From: an uncultured delta proteobacterium
GTDB taxonomy: Bacteria; Desulfobacterota; Desulfobacteria; Desulfobacterales; UBA2156
Assembly: GCA_963736855.1 (NCBI GenBank)
Contig: CAVTQK010000009.1
Span: 96,001 to 160,000, forward strand
Reading direction: 5' to 3'
Length of the DNA: 64,000 nucleotides
A program made the translations under genes and the position numbers. Below, in pieces: positions 60,192 to 64,000 of this stretch (position 1 is the stretch's first letter; every line of letters starts with the position of its first letter). The notes under the pieces were generated by a model. That model had not been told where the DNA came from, did no database searches, and saw only the letters and a program-made list of their open reading frames with translations.

Positions 60192-60230
60192 AAAAAAAAG
60201 TAGAGGGGGGCATTTCGCCCCCCTTCTACT
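60192..60230 (-). terminator. Intrinsic terminator
   Basis: AGTAGA(A)GGGGG stem followed by T8 on the minus strand, downstream of the Ala/Pro-rich gene. Confidence 0.85.
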
Positions 60231-60254
60231 CACTTGATCAGGCAAGAACAACCG

Positions 60255-60688
60255 TTATTTAACTTCCTTCATTTTCGTCACGGTCAGAACCTTCTTGTCC
60301 TGCACCGTAGCGATAGTGCCGGTTGCCTCTACCTTCTTTCCTAACATGGCAGCAATTTTCTCGCCCTTCATTCCACAGGTCTCGGTCTCGGTCTTGAGGG
60401 CGTAGCCGGTGACCTTGCCCTTAGCATCCTTGACCTCTTCCACCACACCGGTCAGCGTGACGGGTTCCACCTTCTTCGCTGTGACCTCAGCGGCCTTTGC
60501 AGGCGCGGCGGTGCAGCAGGCGCGGCAGGCGCGGCGGGAGCAGCAGGCGCAACGGTCGCAGCAGGCGCAGCAGGCGCGGCGGGCGCAGCAGGCGCGGCGG
60601 GAGTGGCAGGCTTAGCCTGCTGAGCAGCAACAAGCACAGGCGCTACCAAAAATGCAGCGATCACCAACATCGAAATAACTCTTTTCAT
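60255..60688 (-). CDS. Secreted protein with a (PAA)n linker and a small OB-fold-like domain; one frameshift near 60510
   Basis: RBS GGAGG, signal peptide, PAAPAA repeats; ORFs 60452-60688 and 60255-60470 join if one C is restored. Confidence 0.75.
60495..60612 (-). repeat. Degenerate 9-bp tandem repeat encoding Pro-Ala-Ala
   Basis: GCAGGCGCG/GCAGCAGGC units. Confidence 0.85.
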
Positions 60689-61661
60689 TTCTTCCTTCCT
60701 CCTTCTGAGTCTTCTTGCCTTAACGGCGGTTACTAAAATAATACCCTGCTCTCCTTGGCACTTGCCTGTACTTTGAGAGCACTCTTCCCGGGGCAGATAC
60801 CTGCCCCGGATCTTTATCCTTTGTCCCCTATAAAATCATGATGACGATATCTGCCGAATCCCCTTTCCACAGTCTTACCGATGGTCTATTTCCATAACCG
60901 TTCCTTCGAGCGGGCTGCTATGTATCAAGTCTGAAGAGCTTTAGCAAGAAAATATTTCCTTAAAAACATTATAAAATTAATTCAATAGGTTATAGTTTAA
61001 TTTCTTAGAAAATGTGAGATTGAAAATTTCATCAACATGCCGATAAAATTCCGGTTGACAGCACATTCACCTTCGGATAGTTGCAAATTCATAAGCCTTG
61101 TCAACTGCAGATTCCCATATCTTGGGGCGCAGATGATGGAAAAACACAATTCAGTCCCGCGCTTAATCCGCCAACAAAAAAGCGACTTCTTATCAGTTGA
61201 TACTTGACAAAATAATTTCTATCGGATAGGCAACAATAAAAAAACTAAATCGAATTCATAATTTTATGGGAATACAGCAACACAGGGAGCAGAAAAAGGA
61301 GCGACGACACAAGCAGATCATCATGGCGACCAAGCGAATCTTTTTCAACAAGAATTTCGACTGGTCACTGTTTTCGGGAATGGTCCTATGGGAGGAGAGC
61401 AAGCGAATTTTCGATGCGTAAAAAGATTTTCTCAAGGAAAGATTGGACATGGCTTTTGGTATGTTCTTATGCGGGATCCGTCGCGCCGGTCGGGGGTTTG
61501 CAGAAATCGCCGGATATCCGGATCGGGAAAACCCGGTGCGAAGCGATGAGCACACAAGCGATCCACGGGCGAGCTTTAAGGCAGATCCTTCGAGCCGAGC
61601 CGTCCTTTTCCATGTAACCCTTCGGGGGGCATTGCTGGTAACAATCTTTAAGGAGGAGAAA

Positions 61662-61989
61662 ATGGCAGAGAAAGAAATCATCGAGACTTCGGAAGCTGAA
61701 ATTGCCGTTCAGTGGAGGGCAAGGAGCCCGACCTGTATGTGGCCATCAAGACGGGATTCCATCCGAGCGTGGAGCCGGAAAAGCGCATGTGCTAGGCCCT
61801 GTCCATCGAGATCGGGCCTATCGTCAAGACGTGCAAGGTCTGGATCGTGCCCGGCATGACCAAGACCCGCTCGGCAAGATCATGCGTCGCGTGCTCGGAT
61901 TGCTCTCCAACAAGAGCGACATGGGCAAAGTGATTACCCTGGCCAACCCCGAAATCATGGAAGCAATCAAGAAGATGGTGCAAGGTTGA
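61662..61989 (+). pseudogene. acs: Internally deleted acetyl-CoA synthetase-like pseudogene
   Basis: RBS AAGGAGG and MAEKEIIETSEAEIAVQW fused directly to the C-terminal GKEPDLYV..IG.I..VWIVPGMTKTRS/GKIMRRVL..TLANPE; TAG at 61793 and a frameshift near 61872. Confidence 0.85.
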
Positions 61990-62020
61990 AGGTGAACCGC
62001 CTGATTTCTAAATGTTCTTT

Positions 62021-62055
62021 GCCGGGGCTGCCTGTTGAGGAGGGCTAGCCCCGGC
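62021..62055 (+). other. Stem-loop after the acs remnant (attenuator or terminator-like)
   Basis: GCCGGGGCT/AGCCCCGGC stem. Confidence 0.5.
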
Positions 62056-62204
62056 GATTAAAAAAAAGCCTGCGGAATTATCGGGGTGACGGATTGAAGA
62101 GAAATTGTCAAAGAAATGCCGGAAAATGTGCCGTCCTTGGTCGGATGAAACGGCCTTCACAGAACAAAAAGAGTTCCTGACAATAAAAAAGGAGAAATGA
62201 AATT

Positions 62205-63509
62205 ATGGCACAAGAACTCGAAAAAGAACCAACGCAAGCGTGGATCACCACATTTGCAGGCACGGCCATCAACCTCTGCTTAGGCATTCTCTATGCCTGG
62301 AGCATGTGGAGCAAAGAATTGATCAGTGTTGAAAAGGCGGGTCAAGTCATGGAAGGTATGAATGCCGGCTGGACCTATTTAACCAACGCCCAGGCGGCAA
62401 CGCCATTTTCACTTTGTGTTATCGTTTTCGCACTTTTCATGATACCCGGCGGCCGAATTCAGGACAAAGTCAGCCCGAAGTTCGGTGCCACGCTGGGCGG
62501 GCTGTGCCTGGCGGCCGGGTGTATCCTATCGGGCGTCATGAAGAGTTATGCCGGTTTGATCATCGGTTTTGGGATTCTCGGCGGTATCGGGATGGGAATC
62601 GGTTATGCCGCACCGACACCCGCGGCCCTGAAGTGGTTTGGGCCGCACCGAAGAGGATTGATCGCGGGTCTTGTGGTGGGTGGGTACGGTGGAGCGGCCC
62701 TTTATATCGGCCCGCTTGCCAAATACTTGATCTCCAATTTCGGACTCTCGGGAAGTTTCATTTATTTAGGGATCTTTTTTGCGATCGTCGTCGTCATCGC
62801 AGGTCAATTGCTGAAGACCCCCCCGGCCGGTTACACTCCGGTGGCTGCCAAGGTGGCGCAAACCGCTGCTCAGGCCGCCGCCTCAACGAAACATAATTGG
62901 GTCTTCGGCGACATGGTCAAGACATGGCAGTTTTATGCGCTGGTCTTCATGTTCATACTCACCACCCAGTCCGGATTGCTGATCATTGCAAATGCCGCCG
63001 GGCTTTTGGCCTCGGCCGCCAAGAAAATTCCCTTTTTCATTGAAAACGCGTGGCTGTTGGTCTCTTTCGGAGGGCTTATAAACGCTCTCGGACGGGTCGG
63101 AACCGGTATGTATTCGGACAAGATCGGACGCGTGAACGCCTATATGCTCAATTGTTCCGTCTCGGCGCTTTGTCTGTTCGCCATTCCTGCCATCGTCGCC
63201 AGCCAGAATGTGTTCTTTCTTTTTGTGTTAGTGGGTGTCGGCTACTGGCAGTACGGCGGTGGTCTGGCGTTGATGCCGGCTTTCACCGGCGATTATTACG
63301 GCCCCAAAAACCTCGGCTTTAACTACGGTCTCGTATTTCTCGGTTGGGGTTGCGGCTTCTTCATGGCCCGCATCGGTGGATGGATCAAGGATGTGACCGG
63401 CAGCCTTAACTATGCATTCTATATTTCAGCCTGTCTGTTGATCGTAGGCGTTATTATAGCCAAATTAAACAAGCGACCGTTGCATACCGAATTCGTCAAA
63501 ACCCAATAG
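62205..63509 (+). CDS. OFA-family (oxalate:formate antiporter-like) MFS transporter
   Basis: CLGILYAWS, GGRIQDK, KWF...RGLIAGLVVGGYG, NALGRVGTG..SDKIGR and DYYGPKNLGFNYG motifs. Confidence 0.9.
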   Translation: MAQELEKEPTQAWITTFAGTAINLCLGILYAWSMWSKELISVEKAGQVMEGMNAGWTYLTNAQAATPFSLCVIVFALFMIPGGRIQDKVSPKFGATLGGLCLAAGCILSGVMKSYAGLIIGFGILGGIGMGIGYAAPTPAALKWFGPHRRGLIAGLVVGGYGGAALYIGPLAKYLISNFGLSGSFIYLGIFFAIVVVIAGQLLKTPPAGYTPVAAKVAQTAAQAAASTKHNWVFGDMVKTWQFYALVFMFILTTQSGLLIIANAAGLLASAAKKIPFFIENAWLLVSFGGLINALGRVGTGMYSDKIGRVNAYMLNCSVSALCLFAIPAIVASQNVFFLFVLVGVGYWQYGGGLALMPAFTGDYYGPKNLGFNYGLVFLGWGCGFFMARIGGWIKDVTGSLNYAFYISACLLIVGVIIAKLNKRPLHTEFVKTQ

Positions 63510-63556
63510 CGGTCTGCTTTTCAGTCAAGCAAGACTATCAAAACACTTCCTCCCGC

Positions 63557-63592
63557 GAAAGCCGTCGACGCCATCAAACGTCGGCGGCTTTC
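63557..63592. terminator. Hairpin terminator between convergent genes
   Basis: GAAAGCCGTCGACG/CGTCGGCGGCTTTC 14-bp stem. Confidence 0.75.
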
Positions 63593-64000
63593 ATCCAGAA
63601 AGATCCAATGGGTGTCCATCCCCCTCCGGCTCCGAATCGGTCCATCGCTCAACCTTTTCCAGGAGTTTCCGAGGGTCGATCGGCTTCTGTGTATAGTCGT
63701 TCATGCCCGCTTCCCTGCAAAGCTTCATATATCCTTTGATCGCATGGGCGGTTAAGGCGATAATGGGAATTTGATGGTTGATCACCCTCGATTTGGGATC
63801 GCGTATCACCTTGGTGGCTTCGAACCCATCCATTTCCGGCATTTGAACATCCATGAGCACCAAGTCGTAGGGAAGCATTTCGAGCGCGCTGACAGCTTCC
63901 TGTCCGTTGGCCACCACATCGGCCCGATAGCCGTGTTTTTCCAAAATATGGACCACCACTTGCTGGTTGACGACGTTGTCTTCCACCACGAGGATGCGAA
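63591..64000 (-). CDS. C-terminal receiver domain, probably of a hybrid histidine kinase (5' part outside the window)
   Basis: RILVVEDN..NQ, LVLMDVQMPEMDG, PIIALTAHA, AGMNDY..KP motifs. Confidence 0.9.
   Translation of the reverse strand, partial: RILVVEDNVVNQQVVVHILEKHGYRADVVANGQEAVSALEMLPYDLVLMDVQMPEMDGFEATKVIRDPKSRVINHQIPIIALTAHAIKGYMKLCREAGMNDYTQKPIDPRKLLEKVERWTDSEPEGDGHPLDLSG

Noticed and set aside
60495..60612. Tandem repeats as a possible CRISPR array
   Set aside because: The 9-bp coding units have no unique spacers, and there are no cas genes in the window.
61385..61450. GGAGAG...CTCAAGG resemblance to a glycine riboswitch
   Set aside because: It lacks the CCGAAG and CTCAGG core and the tandem aptamer, and the downstream genes do not fit.
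61793..61795. In-frame TAG in the acs remnant as pyrrolysine or readthrough
   Set aside because: It sits in a fragment that also has a large deletion and a frameshift, and no pyl genes are visible.
1..64000. tRNA, rRNA, transposase, integrase or selenoprotein genes
   Set aside because: None was recognised by eye. tRNAscan-SE, Infernal and a bSECIS search would be needed to exclude them formally.

Overview
This is a 64 kb chromosomal window, probably from an anaerobic Desulfobacterota (deltaproteobacterial) organism. That assignment is inferred from gene content and order only. Positions 1-13.3 kb hold an intact dcw cluster (murF-mraY-murD-ftsW-murG-murC-murB-ftsQ-ftsA-ftsZ) followed by a radical SAM gene. 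Positions 15.2-22.4 kb hold an AT-richer accessory block, the best candidate for an undescribed system. It encodes a secreted HExxH/Met-turn metallopeptidase, two other secreted proteins, an Lnt-family N-acyltransferase and an orphan PDZ/multi-TM/GAF histidine kinase with a 5-Cys insertion in its ATPase domain. Most of this block is broken by single-base indels that look like long-read errors. Positions 22.9-29.6 kb hold a keto-deoxyuronate uptake and catabolism cluster (kdgK, IclR, kduI, TRAP, kduD). The remainder includes hcp, TerC, two diguanylate cyclases, glpD, gnd, larB/larE, an RND efflux system, an HcpR-like Crp/Fnr regulator, a ferritin-like gene, a MIPS-like plus TIM-barrel pair, an internally deleted acs pseudogene and an OFA-family MFS transporter. 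Non-coding signals read directly from the sequence include two TTGACTTA(A/G)GTCAA boxes at class II (-41.5) spacing, which define a split HcpR-like regulon. Also visible are tandem IclR operators, a perfect 20-bp palindrome before the ferritin-like gene and a ~190-bp MITE-like hairpin element. I saw no CRISPR array, rRNA, tRNA or transposase. All calls are by motif recognition without database searches.
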